DNA of 64,000 bases from assembly GCA_963848295.1 (NCBI GenBank), contig CAWKDB010000002.1, positions 640,001-704,000 of the forward strand, given 5' to 3'. This stretch comes from an uncultured delta proteobacterium (GTDB lineage: Bacteria; Myxococcota_A; Polyangia; Haliangiales; Haliangiaceae). Each line of letters starts with the position of its first letter. Position 1 is the stretch's first letter. Made by a program: the position numbers and the translations under genes. The notes beneath the pieces were generated by a model. The model made no database searches and was not told the DNA's origin. It saw only the letters and a list, made by a program, of their open reading frames with translations. Below are positions 1-9,685 of the stretch, piece by piece.

Positions 1-522
1 GACGCCGAAATCGACGAGCTTCACCGTGCCCTCGAAGCTCGCCATGATGTTCGAAGGCGAGACGTCGCGATGGACGATGCCGAGCGGCTTGCCGTCGATG
101 CCGTGGCGCGTGTGCGCGTGATGCAACCCGGCCGCGACGCCCGAGGCGATCGCGAGCACGCAGCCGAGTGGGATCGGTTTCGCGATCGCCGTGGCCTGCC
201 GCAGGATCCCGCGCAGCGTCTCGCCGTGGACGTACTCCATCGTGAAGAAATAGGAGTCGCCGAGCCGACCGATGTCGTAGACCTGCGCGACGTTCGGGTG
301 CTGGAGCTGAGCGGCGAGCCGAGCCTCGTCGAGGAACATCTGGACGAAGCTCGTGTCGCTCGCCTTCTCGCGCAGGATGCGCTTGAGCACGACGTAGCGC
401 TCGACTCCGGCCACGCTGTTGCCGCGCGCGAGATAGATCTCGGCCATGCCGCCGGTAGCGAGCCGGGCCAGCACCTCGTAGTTGCTGGCCGCGGACGCAA
501 CTTCGTCGGCAGCTCTCGGCAC
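1..522 (-). CDS. Ser/Thr protein kinase, N-terminal part (runs off the window start)
   Basis: Manual minus-strand translation from GTG 522 gives YEVLARLATGGMAEIYLAR...YVVLKRI...IVHRDVSPSNIM...VKLVDFGV (Hanks subdomains I-VII). Absent from the ORF track because it has no stop in the window. Confidence 0.9.
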   Translation of the reverse strand, partial: MPRAADEVASAASNYEVLARLATGGMAEIYLARGNSVAGVERYVVLKRILREKASDTSFVQMFLDEARLAAQLQHPNVAQVYDIGRLGDSYFFTMEYVHGETLRGILRQATAIAKPIPLGCVLAIASGVAAGLHHAHTRHGIDGKPLGIVHRDVSPSNIMASFEGTVKLVDFGV

Positions 523-602
523 GTGCGCGAAGTATATACGGACGGCGCGATGGAACGGATTCTTGCCCTACCAGCGCCGCCACCGCTGTACCCTTGACGC
601 AG

Positions 603-1730
603 ATGCGGTACGCGTCGTGGATCGCAGTCGCCGCCGCATTTACGCCGGGTTGCCGGCAGGTTTTCGGGATCGATCCGCCTCGCCTGGCCAGCGATGCCGC
701 GGTCGACGTGGCCGATGCCCCGGTCGGACCGCCGGCCGATGCGAGCTTCTGCTACGGACCGTCGACGTTCTTGATGTGCTTCGACGCGCCGCCGACCGGT
801 TCGTTGAGCCTGATGTCGATCGACGCCGGCAAGGCGGTCACGTGCGCGCCGTCGCTACCCGCGAGCTGGACGGCCGCCGGGCAGCCGGACGTCTGCTTGC
901 TCGCCTACAACGACATCACGATCGCCTCGAACGTCCGCGTGAAAGGCACGCGGCCTCTGGTGCTGCTCGCGGCGACGACGATCAACGTGTCGGCGACGCT
1001 CGACGCTTCGAGCCAAGGCGCGAGCATCGGCGGTCCCGGTGCGAGCTCGCCGCCGTGCTCGACCGCGATCAACGGCTACGACACCACGATCGCCCAGTCG
1101 CCGGGCGGCGGCGGTGCGGGCGGCACGCTCGCAGGTGCGGGCGCGGTAGGCGGCGGCGATCCGGGTGGGACCGGCGTGCCGTGCGCGGCCTCGGTCGAGC
1201 ACACCCCGCTGCGCGGCGGTGCGAACGGCGGCGTGGGCGGCGACCAGCCGGACTACACCCTCAACCCGAAAGCCGGGCTCGGCGGCGGTGCGGTCTACCT
1301 CGCGGCGGGGACGTCGATCACGATCGGCGCGAGCGGCCTGATCAACGCTTCGGGCGGCGGCGGCAACGGCGGCACCAACTTCACCGGCGGTGGCGGCGGT
1401 GGCGCCGGCGGGATGATCGCGCTCTACGCACCGACGATCGACGCGATCGGTACGCTGATGACCAACGGCGGCGGCGGTGGTGGCGGCCGAGGCAACGGCA
1501 GCGATCCCTCGACCGCAGCGCCGACCGCGGGCGGTGCGGGCGGTAGCTTCAACGGCTCGCCGACCGGCGGCAGCGGGTGTGGCCGCGCCGCGCAGCCGAC
1601 CGCCGGTGCGGCGGGCAGCGTCCCGAGCGGCTTCGGCGCGAGCGGCGGCGGCGGCGGTTGCGGCTTCATCCTGTCGAGCGATACCAGCCTACAGAGCGTG
1701 ACGGCGTCGCCGGGCCTGACGCCGTTCTAG
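603..1730 (+). CDS. Gly-rich secreted lipoprotein (GGGGG repeat type)
   Basis: MRYASWIAVAAAFTPGC lipobox-like N-terminus and repeated GGGGAGG motifs. Confidence 0.7.
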   Translation: MRYASWIAVAAAFTPGCRQVFGIDPPRLASDAAVDVADAPVGPPADASFCYGPSTFLMCFDAPPTGSLSLMSIDAGKAVTCAPSLPASWTAAGQPDVCLLAYNDITIASNVRVKGTRPLVLLAATTINVSATLDASSQGASIGGPGASSPPCSTAINGYDTTIAQSPGGGGAGGTLAGAGAVGGGDPGGTGVPCAASVEHTPLRGGANGGVGGDQPDYTLNPKAGLGGGAVYLAAGTSITIGASGLINASGGGGNGGTNFTGGGGGGAGGMIALYAPTIDAIGTLMTNGGGGGGGRGNGSDPSTAAPTAGGAGGSFNGSPTGGSGCGRAAQPTAGAAGSVPSGFGASGGGGGCGFILSSDTSLQSVTASPGLTPF

Positions 1731-2692
1731 AACGAGCCGACCAGCACGACGCCGGCCGACGTCGTGGTCGCGGTCGGCGCGACGATGATCTCGCGCGGCG
1801 CGGTCAGATAGAGCACCGCGCCACCGGCGGCGAGGACGAGCCCGGCGATGCCGATGCCGGTGGCGAGGTTCGCGTCTTTCCCGGCGCGATCGACCTCGTG
1901 GACGCCCGCGGGATTGCACACCGTGCTGTACGCCGGCGTGCTCGTGCAGTTGCCGTTGTCGAACTGCGCGCGATCGAGGTCGTGCGCCGAGATGCCGACG
2001 ATCACGCTCGTCGCGATCGTCGCGAGACCGACGCCCGCCGCCGCGGCCCCGAGGATCACCCGGCCGCGGGCGCGCCGAGTCGGCTGCGGCGGCGGGTTCG
2101 TGCGCGGCGGTGGCGTCTGCGGGGGATTCGGCGTGAACGACGGGATCTTGACGACGACGGTCTTGCTCGCCTCGACCTGGGCCGTGGTCTGGAAGCCGGG
2201 CCGATCGGGGACACGCGCGCTCACCGCGACGCTCCCCGGATCGACCTTGCGCTCGAGCTCCGCCGCCGCGACCACCGGCGCACCGCCGATCGCCACCACG
2301 AGCCCGGGCGCGCCCGGATCCGCCACCTCGACGACGAGCGTGCCGATCTTAGATAGCAGGGCGTTCGCTCGATCGCGCGACACCCCCTCGCGCTTGATGT
2401 CGCCCGCCTGCTCGGCATGGATCGCCGCATCGTCGAACAGCCGCCAGGCGTCGGCGAGATGACCCAGGCGCTCCCGGCAATCGGCGAGGTTGAGCTCGGT
2501 CCCGAGCGCGCGCTCGAGCTCGTAGCTCTTCGCGAACAGCGGGCACGCCTCATCGAGCTTGCCGGCCTTCACCAACGCGCGGCCGTCGTCGAACAGCTTC
2601 TTCGCCTCGGCGTTGCCGCCACCGGCGGGTTGCCCGAACACCCGACCGGTGCTGAACATCCCGAGCATCGCGACCCATGCGAGCGCGCGCAT
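1727..2692 (-). CDS. Secreted TPR / PEGA-like protein with C-terminal membrane helices
   Basis: Signal peptide, TPR-like AKKLFDDGRAL...ACPLFAKSYEL...LNLADC, Pro-rich linker and two hydrophobic segments. Confidence 0.75.
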   Translation of the reverse strand: MRALAWVAMLGMFSTGRVFGQPAGGGNAEAKKLFDDGRALVKAGKLDEACPLFAKSYELERALGTELNLADCRERLGHLADAWRLFDDAAIHAEQAGDIKREGVSRDRANALLSKIGTLVVEVADPGAPGLVVAIGGAPVVAAAELERKVDPGSVAVSARVPDRPGFQTTAQVEASKTVVVKIPSFTPNPPQTPPPRTNPPPQPTRRARGRVILGAAAAGVGLATIATSVIVGISAHDLDRAQFDNGNCTSTPAYSTVCNPAGVHEVDRAGKDANLATGIGIAGLVLAAGGAVLYLTAPREIIVAPTATTTSAGVVLVGSF

Positions 2693-2705
2693 CTTGGTTA
2701 TCGTA

Positions 2706-3695
2706 CTACCGAACGATGACGAGCATGTCGGTCTCGAGGATCTGCTCGGCCCATCGCCGTTTGTAGTCCATCTCGGTGCCGAGGTCGTACCGGCCGACCG
2801 CCTCGGCGCACAGCTCGAGCACTTGCCGGTACTGCAGCAACCCACCGATCCCGAGCTGCGCGACCGAGTCGTCGTAAGAGAATTGCAGTCCGCGGTACTC
2901 GCCCGCGAGCACCGCCCCGAGGATGTAGCCGACGTCGCGATCACCCTTGCGCGCGAAGATCGTCCGCTGCTGACCGAGCGCGCACAGCCGCGGCATCATC
3001 AAGCTGTAGAATCCGCGCATCGGCCCGGCCGAGATCCCGACGCCCTCGCCGGCCTTCCAGCTCGTCGCCTCGACCGCCTGGATCCGTTCGTACAGCGCGT
3101 GCGCCTCGGCCTCGGTCGCGCGCACCGACTCGAACGTCACGCCTTCGGTGTCGGCGACGCGCAGCGATCTGCGGAGCGACTTGCGCAGGTCGCGCGATCG
3201 CCGCGCCAAGAACCCGTCGATGCCGCCGTCGAGGCTCGCGACGTGGCGGATCGTCGGCTGGCCGCGGCGGCGCTCCCACCGCGCCGGCAACGCCGCATCG
3301 AGCGCCCGACGTTGCGCACTCGACGCGGCGTGGCCCGAGATGATCGCGAGCTGCCAGTCGCGCCGGCCGGCAAGCAGCGGCACGACCTCGGCGACGACCG
3401 CCACTGGATCGCGGCCGATCAGCGGCGCGGCGAGCCCCCACGCGAGCTCGATCGGCTCGATGTACGGAAAGCCGGCGGGGTGAACGCCGCGCATCGCCGC
3501 GAAGTAGCCGTGCTCGCCTTGGAACGAGAACGAAGCGCGCGGCGGCATCAACGCGGACGCGGCGGCGAGCACCCACGCCGTCTGCGAGCAGAACCGATCG
3601 ATACCCGGCGTCGCGACGACCTCGCGATCGAAGTCGTCGGCAATGGCCGCGAGGTCGACCGGCTCCACACCTGGCAATGTACCGCCACGTGGCAA
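2706..3695 (-). CDS. GNAT family acetyltransferase (CelD/BcsL-like)
   Basis: LRKSLRRSLR, SWK, SYD...LGIGGLL and YDLGTEMDYKRRWA motifs. True start may be GTG 3668. Confidence 0.75.
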   Translation of the reverse strand: MPRGGTLPGVEPVDLAAIADDFDREVVATPGIDRFCSQTAWVLAAASALMPPRASFSFQGEHGYFAAMRGVHPAGFPYIEPIELAWGLAAPLIGRDPVAVVAEVVPLLAGRRDWQLAIISGHAASSAQRRALDAALPARWERRRGQPTIRHVASLDGGIDGFLARRSRDLRKSLRRSLRVADTEGVTFESVRATEAEAHALYERIQAVEATSWKAGEGVGISAGPMRGFYSLMMPRLCALGQQRTIFARKGDRDVGYILGAVLAGEYRGLQFSYDDSVAQLGIGGLLQYRQVLELCAEAVGRYDLGTEMDYKRRWAEQILETDMLVIVR

Positions 3696-3736
3696 TCGTA
3701 ATGTTGGACCCGCAGCGATTCTGCAATAGTGGGGTC

Positions 3737-4789
3737 ATGCGCATCCGTGCCGCCCTGCTCGCGTACCTGGCTGCGACAGGCTGCGCCGACAACAGCTACC
3801 GGATCCCGCGATCGGAGCTCATGCGGCTCGCCGCGACGCCCCCAGCCCAGCGCGCCGATCACGTCTTCGTCTCGCAGGAGTACTTCGCGACCGACGTTCC
3901 GACCGCGCCGAAGGTATACGAGGAGACCCCGATCGTGCTCGTGCCGCCGGTCTACGTCGACGGCGAGCGGCGTCGCTCCGGCGGCTTCGGCGGCAACGGC
4001 GGCGGCGGTTTCGGCGGTGGTCACGTCAGCGGCGGCGCGCACGGCGGCGGTGGTGGTCACGGCGGAGGTGGCGGCGGCCTGGGCGGTGGTGGTGGCGGCG
4101 ACGGACGCGCGTACGTGATCGGCGCGGTCGTCGTCGCGGTGTCGATCCTCGTCGTCGCCGCGGCAGTCGAAGGCGATCGGTTCGACGGCTACGTGAAGCT
4201 CCACCCGATGCACCCACTCCACCTGATCGGGCAAGACGGCGCCTACGCCGAGATGCCGCTCGCATGGCTCGATCCGCAGACCGCGGCGCTGTCCGACTAC
4301 GCGGTCGTGCGTCCGGACGAAGGCCCATGGCAACGGCTCGAACGCGCGCGGCTGTGGCGCACCGGCTGGACGTACGGCGTGTACAGCGGCATCGGCACGT
4401 ACGTCGCGCGGGATGGCAGCATTGGCACCGGCCCCGCCAACACGATCCAGCTCGGCTACTTTCCGGAGCAGCGCTTCGGCATCGTCAGCTCGGTGTTCCT
4501 CGGTTGGCGCGACGACGCGAAAGAAAATACGTCATACGAGTCGCGCTACACGCTCGAGGCCCAGGCGTTTCCCGTCGCCGCGGGCCCGGTCCACTTCGGC
4601 GCGTACGGCGGCGGCGGCCTCGCGTATCGAGTCGAGCCGAACGGCAACGACGGCGGCGGCGAGCTCCACGGCGGCGCCGCGATCCAACTCGACGTCGCGA
4701 CCCGGCTCGCGCTGACGCTGCGCTTCGGCGTCAGCGACGCGCACGGCGCGATGATGCAAGACGCGATGTTCGGCCTGGCGATTTATTGA
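3737..4789 (+). CDS. Hypothetical lipoprotein with Gly-rich linker and C-terminal beta-rich domain
   Basis: MRIRAALLAYLAATGC lipobox-like start, poly-Gly stretch and amphipathic beta pattern ending in Tyr. Confidence 0.6.
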   Translation: MRIRAALLAYLAATGCADNSYRIPRSELMRLAATPPAQRADHVFVSQEYFATDVPTAPKVYEETPIVLVPPVYVDGERRRSGGFGGNGGGGFGGGHVSGGAHGGGGGHGGGGGGLGGGGGGDGRAYVIGAVVVAVSILVVAAAVEGDRFDGYVKLHPMHPLHLIGQDGAYAEMPLAWLDPQTAALSDYAVVRPDEGPWQRLERARLWRTGWTYGVYSGIGTYVARDGSIGTGPANTIQLGYFPEQRFGIVSSVFLGWRDDAKENTSYESRYTLEAQAFPVAAGPVHFGAYGGGGLAYRVEPNGNDGGGELHGGAAIQLDVATRLALTLRFGVSDAHGAMMQDAMFGLAIY

Positions 4790-4792
4790 CAG

Positions 4793-5038
4793 CTACTTCT
4801 GGTACGTCGCCTTCCACGCGTCGTACGGCATGCCGTAGATCGCCTCGCGCGCCTCGGGGTCGGTCAGCTCGACGCCGCGCTCGCCGGCCTCGGCGCGGTA
4901 CCACTTGGCCAGGCAGTTGCGGCAGAACCCCGCGAGGTTCATGACGTCGAGGTTCTGGACATCGGTGCGCTCGCGGAAGTGGCTGACCAGCCGGCGAAAG
5001 GCGGCCGCTTCGATCTCGATCCGCTGCTGGTCGGTCAT
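4793..5038 (-). CDS. DUF1244 family protein
   Basis: EAAAFRRLVSHFRERTDVQNLDVMNLAGFCRNCLAKWY...REAIYGMPYDAWK signature. Confidence 0.9.
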   Translation of the reverse strand: MTDQQRIEIEAAAFRRLVSHFRERTDVQNLDVMNLAGFCRNCLAKWYRAEAGERGVELTDPEAREAIYGMPYDAWKATYQK

Positions 5039-5095
5039 CCGCTGGCCTTTAGCACATGATCGCCCACGCGGTATCGGCCGTGGTATCGCTGGGGC

Positions 5096-6271
5096 GTGGA
5101 GCTCCCGAGCTCGGTCACGCAGGTCACGGTCGGCGAGACGACGTACTACGTCGTAGGTACGGCGCACGTGTCGAGCCGATCGGTCGACGAGGTCCGCGAG
5201 GTGATCGCGGCCGTCGAGCCCGAGGTCGTGTGCGTCGAGTTATGCCCGGCGCGCCTCGCGGCGCTCACCACCGACGGCGCGTTCCGCAACCTCGACGTGT
5301 TCAAGGTCGTACGCGAAGGCCGCACGCTGTACCTGCTCGTGCACCTCGCGCTCGCGTCGTATCAACGGCGGATCGGCGCCACGCTCGGGGTCAAGCCCGG
5401 CGCCGAGCTGATCGCCGCGGTCGATGCCGCGAAGGAGCGCAACATCCCGCTCGCGCTCGTCGATCGCGATATCAACATCACGCTCAAGCGAACGTGGCGC
5501 AACGTCGGGCTGTGGAAGCGGCTGATGCTCGTCGCGTCGTTGTTCGGCGGTGGCGAGTCGACCGATCCGGGCGGCGAGATCACCGCCGATACGGTCGAGG
5601 ATCTCAAAGAGACCCAGGCGCTCAACGAGATGCTGACCGAGCTATCGAAGGCGCTGCCGCAGGTCAAAGGCCCGCTGATCGACGAGCGCGACGCGTACCT
5701 CGCGAGCAAGACGACCGAGGCCGGCGTCGGCAAGCGCAAGGTCGTCGTGGTGGTCGGCGCGGCGCACGTGCCGGGCATGGTGCCGAAGCTCGGCACGAAG
5801 ATCGATCGCGCGCCGCTCGAGATCGTGCCGCCGCCCGCGCTGTGGTGGCGCCTCGCGAAGTGGATCGTGCCGGTCGCGATCCTGAGTCTCTTGATCTTCT
5901 TCGCGTTGCGCAGCGATCCGGCGACGTTCGCGCGCGCGATGATCGCGTGGATCGTCCCGACGATGATCGGCGCCGGCGCGTTCACGCTGATCGCCGGTGG
6001 AACCGTGTTGTCGGTGATCGCCGCCACGTTCGTGTCGCCGATCGCGCGGATCTATCCGTTGGTGCGGACCGGCATCGTGGTCGGGATCGTCGAGGCCTGG
6101 CGGCGCAAGCCGTCGGTCGCCGACTGCGAGCGCTTGGCCGACGACGCCGACAGCTTTCGGGGCATGCGTCGTAACCCCGTGACGCGCATCCTGATCGTGG
6201 CTGTGGCATCTGGCCTCGGCGCGCTGATCGGGTTCTGGGTCGGTGTGGGCTGGGTCGCTAGCGTTCTGTGA
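5096..6271 (+). CDS. TraB/GumN (pheromone-shutdown) family protein
   Basis: VGTAHVS, VCVELC, PGAEL, DRDINITLKR, LIDERDAYL and VVGAAHVPG motifs, plus C-terminal TM helices. Confidence 0.9.
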   Translation: MELPSSVTQVTVGETTYYVVGTAHVSSRSVDEVREVIAAVEPEVVCVELCPARLAALTTDGAFRNLDVFKVVREGRTLYLLVHLALASYQRRIGATLGVKPGAELIAAVDAAKERNIPLALVDRDINITLKRTWRNVGLWKRLMLVASLFGGGESTDPGGEITADTVEDLKETQALNEMLTELSKALPQVKGPLIDERDAYLASKTTEAGVGKRKVVVVVGAAHVPGMVPKLGTKIDRAPLEIVPPPALWWRLAKWIVPVAILSLLIFFALRSDPATFARAMIAWIVPTMIGAGAFTLIAGGTVLSVIAATFVSPIARIYPLVRTGIVVGIVEAWRRKPSVADCERLADDADSFRGMRRNPVTRILIVAVASGLGALIGFWVGVGWVASVL

Positions 6272-6334
6272 CGACTGCGTGACGCGCTGATCCGTTGCTG
6301 AATCTGCGACGTATCGCAGGTATAAGGGACGTCT

Positions 6335-7732
6335 ATGGTGACCAGGCGAGACGCGATCAAGACGCTCGGCGGCCTGGCCGGCGCGGCGGGGCTATCCCGG
6401 CTGCTGCCCGGCTGCGGCGGCAACGGCAAGAGCGGCATCACGAACTACGTGTTCATGATGCTCGAGAACCGGACCTACGATCATTACTTCGGCGGGCGCT
6501 CGCTGGTCGAAGGGCTGCCCGGCGACGGGCTCACTGCCGCGATGATGAACCCGGACACCAACGGCGTGCCGGTCGCGCCGTACGTCCCCGCGATGGGGCC
6601 CGACGAATGCGTCAAGGATCCCGACCACAGCTGGGACGGCTCGCGCCTGCAATGGAACAACGGCGCGAACGACGGGTTCGTCAAGCAGCAGGAAGCCGCC
6701 TACGGTCTCGGCTCGCACGAGCCGATGCAGTACTACACGCGCGACCTGTTGCCGATCAGCTGGGCGCTCGCCGACGCCTACACGACGTGCGATCGCTGGT
6801 TCGCGTCGGTGCTCGGTCCGACCTGGCCGAATCGGTTCTACTGGATGTGCGGCACGTCCGGCGGGTTGATGGACAACGAGCTGCCGGGCTCGACTGGCAC
6901 GGTCACGTTCCCGACGATCTTCAACAGCCTGCACGACGCGGACATCGACTGGGCCTACTACTACGGGTCGATTCCGGTCGTGTCGGCGCTCGACAGCCCG
7001 GGGCAGTACCAGATCGACGTCTCGACCAACGTCAAGAACTTCACCCATTTCATGACCGACGCGATGGCCGGCAACCTGCCGACCATCACGTACATCGATC
7101 CGGCGTTCTATCAGAACGACGATCATCCGCCGATCCATCCGATCAACGGCCAGGCGCTGATCTCGACCGTGTACACCGCGCTCGCCAGCTCTCCGCAGTG
7201 GAAGAACACGCTGCTCGTCATCACCTACGACGAGCACGGCGGCTTCTTCGATCACGTCTCGCCCGGGATGACGACCGACGACATGCCGGCGTTCATGCAG
7301 CGCGGCTTCCGCGTTCCGGCGATGGTCATCGGCCCGTACGTCAAGCAGGGCTACGTCAGCTCGGTCGAGCTCGAGCACACCTCGGCGCTGCACCACCTCG
7401 AAGAGACCTTCGACCTGCCGCCGCTCAACAGCCGGACCGCCGCGCAGAACGATCTGAGCGACTGCATCGACATGGATCGGCTCGCGAAGGGCGATTGGGC
7501 GCCGCCGATCGAGCTACCCGACGTCGACCCCGATTCGTGGCAGATGGGGCCGGCGTGCGTGTACAGCAGTAGCGCGCGCTTGGAGCCCGAGCACCTCGAT
7601 CCGATCACCGCGTGGGCGAACAAGAACCCCGACCGGATCAAGGGCCTCGACTTGCGGCCGCAGCTGCCGCAGTACGAGAAGGCGATCAAGGACTTCATGC
7701 GCGCGCATCGCGGCAAGGTCCCGGTCCGCTGA
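6335..7732 (+). CDS. Phosphoesterase / phospholipase C family, Tat lipoprotein
   Basis: TRRDAIK Tat motif followed by LPGC; MLENRTYDHYFG, GPTWPNR, DDHPP and TYDEHGGFFDHV motifs. Confidence 0.9.
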   Translation: MVTRRDAIKTLGGLAGAAGLSRLLPGCGGNGKSGITNYVFMMLENRTYDHYFGGRSLVEGLPGDGLTAAMMNPDTNGVPVAPYVPAMGPDECVKDPDHSWDGSRLQWNNGANDGFVKQQEAAYGLGSHEPMQYYTRDLLPISWALADAYTTCDRWFASVLGPTWPNRFYWMCGTSGGLMDNELPGSTGTVTFPTIFNSLHDADIDWAYYYGSIPVVSALDSPGQYQIDVSTNVKNFTHFMTDAMAGNLPTITYIDPAFYQNDDHPPIHPINGQALISTVYTALASSPQWKNTLLVITYDEHGGFFDHVSPGMTTDDMPAFMQRGFRVPAMVIGPYVKQGYVSSVELEHTSALHHLEETFDLPPLNSRTAAQNDLSDCIDMDRLAKGDWAPPIELPDVDPDSWQMGPACVYSSSARLEPEHLDPITAWANKNPDRIKGLDLRPQLPQYEKAIKDFMRAHRGKVPVR

Positions 7733-7843
7733 GAGTTCACCTGCGAGACAAGCAGGCGCGACACGCCCGACAAAGCCGTCGGCGATAACGAGCTCGGAGG
7801 CAAGGTCTCGCTCGATTCGACCGAGATGTCTCCACCGCACGTG

Positions 7844-7862
7844 GCCGAGGTAACCCCTCGGC
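7844..7862. terminator. GC-rich hairpin between convergent genes
   Basis: GCCGAGG-TAACC-CCTCGGC, no strong U-tract. Confidence 0.4.
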
Positions 7863-7877
7863 TTCGTCACTTTCGGC

Positions 7878-8741
7878 CTAGCAGAGGATGTCGAGCAGCT
7901 GCGCGCGGGTCAGGTAGCCCTCGAGCACCGCGACATACTCGTCGATCATGAGATCGAGCTCGAGCGTCATGCGCTGGCCCGCGGTGCGGACGACGCGACC
8001 CGAGATCGGAATCTCGCTGCCCGCGAGGTGAGCGACACCCGAGATCCAGCTGCCGTTGCCCGGCGAGCCCGCCGGCGCGACGATCGACACGTGGGTGCGC
8101 GAGATGTCGGCGATCGGCACGTTGCCGGAGTCGAGCCGGACGTGCGCGGCGAGCGCCGGCGGCGGCTCGACGCGGTAGTTCACTCGCCGGTTGTGCGTGA
8201 TCAGCTTGTCGAGGGTGTCGTGCACCGGCGCCGAGATCGGCGTCTCGGCACTCTCCAGCACGAGCTCGCGCAGTCGCTTGAGGTCTTTTTGCGTCGTCAT
8301 CAAGTTCTGGCGCATGTCGGCCATCCGCCGCTGATCGCGATGGACCTTGTCCGCGACGAACCCGAGCAGGTTGACGAGGAAGCGCACGCCGAGCTCTTGG
8401 CGATTCGCGAGAAACTCCTGGATCTGCTTGGCGGGCAACGCCCACACCGCCGAGCCCGCCACCGGGGTCGCCCGCGTCGAGCGCGCGAGGTTGGTCAGCG
8501 CGCCGAGCTCTCCGATCAGCGCCGGCGGACGCATGCGGAACACGTCATCGCCCGGGCGATCGAGCACGACCTCGCCGCTGGTCAACAGATACAGCGAGGT
8601 CGCCGGATCGCCGACATCGAACAGTGCCGCCTTACCGTCGATCGCGACCGGCGCGAACAGGCGACCGATCTCGCGCAATTCGTCGTCGGAGAATCCGTGG
8701 AACAACGGAATCGTCCTCAGCTCGTTCGCGGTGGGCCCCAT
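7878..8741 (-). CDS. Cyclic-nucleotide-binding domain protein
   Basis: LRTIPLFHGFSDDEL, GDPATSLYLLTSGEV and IGELGAL...RST motifs, then a coiled coil and a PilZ-like C-terminus (RRVNYR...DISRT). Confidence 0.8.
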   Translation of the reverse strand: MGPTANELRTIPLFHGFSDDELREIGRLFAPVAIDGKAALFDVGDPATSLYLLTSGEVVLDRPGDDVFRMRPPALIGELGALTNLARSTRATPVAGSAVWALPAKQIQEFLANRQELGVRFLVNLLGFVADKVHRDQRRMADMRQNLMTTQKDLKRLRELVLESAETPISAPVHDTLDKLITHNRRVNYRVEPPPALAAHVRLDSGNVPIADISRTHVSIVAPAGSPGNGSWISGVAHLAGSEIPISGRVVRTAGQRMTLELDLMIDEYVAVLEGYLTRAQLLDILC

Positions 8742-8809
8742 GCGCGCACCATACCGCGCGCCCCCGCTGGCGCACATCTCGCCGCCCGAAATCGCGTATC
8801 GTGTGGCGC

Positions 8810-9685
8810 ATGCGACAGCTCGCGCTCGCGGCGCTCGCGCTCGCGGCGTGTCACGAGGACGCGAGCCGCGCCGCACCCCGCGATGCCCCGCCGCATCCAG
8901 CGCGCGATGGCGGCACCGCGCGGGTCGCGTTGCCTCACAACACCTACGCGGACCTCGCGAGCGCACTCGCCGCGATCATTCCCGACGACGCGCGCGTCAT
9001 CGGGTTCGGCGAGCTCCACGCGCGCACAGATCGCCCGCACGTCACGTCGGCCCTCGCCCGGTTCACGCGCGACGCCCTGCCCGCGCTGGCCCCGAAGCTC
9101 AGCGATCTCGTGATCGAGACCTGGTTGCTCGACCCCCACTGCGGCAAGACCGCGGCGCAGACGAGCGCGAAGGTCACGACCACGATGAAGCGCCCGGCCG
9201 AGACGACGAACGAGATCGGCGCGCTCGCCGACGCCGCTCGCAAGGCGCGAGTTCAGCCGCGCGCGATGAACGTCAGCTGCGCTGACTACGCGCGGATCGC
9301 GCCCGCAGGCAAAGACATCCAACCCGACGTCTTGCTCACGCTCACGACGAGCGAGCTCGGCCGCGTCGCGACCGAGGCGCTCACCGCGCGCGACGCCGAG
9401 CCGCACCACCGGCCGTGGATCGCGGTGTACGGCGGTGCGCTGCACAACGACCGATTCCCCGACGATAGCGTCGCCGAATGGAGCTACGCCGCGAAGGTCG
9501 ATGCTGCGACCCACGGCCACTTCGTCGAGATCGATCTGATCGTCCCCGAATTCGCCGACGGCGACCCGATGTCGCAGAAGGAGCCGTGGTACGGGCTCGC
9601 GAGCCACGCGGACAACGCGTTCCACGTATGGAAGCGCGGCGACCGGTCGTTCGTCGTCGTGATGCCGCGGACCGAAACGAAATGA
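8810..9685 (+). CDS. Hypothetical lipoprotein (GELH...YGGALHN, TIKI/ChaN-like motifs)
   Basis: MRQLALAALALAAC lipobox; stop overlaps the next ATG (ATGA). Confidence 0.65.
   Translation: MRQLALAALALAACHEDASRAAPRDAPPHPARDGGTARVALPHNTYADLASALAAIIPDDARVIGFGELHARTDRPHVTSALARFTRDALPALAPKLSDLVIETWLLDPHCGKTAAQTSAKVTTTMKRPAETTNEIGALADAARKARVQPRAMNVSCADYARIAPAGKDIQPDVLLTLTTSELGRVATEALTARDAEPHHRPWIAVYGGALHNDRFPDDSVAEWSYAAKVDAATHGHFVEIDLIVPEFADGDPMSQKEPWYGLASHADNAFHVWKRGDRSFVVVMPRTETK

Noticed and set aside
1100..1660. GGC-rich repeats (also 3980-4100)
   Set aside because: Explained by poly-Gly coding sequence.
5096..6271. TraB as a conjugation gene
   Set aside because: The motifs are those of the TraB/GumN/PrgY family, which is unrelated to T4SS, and the gene lies outside the element.
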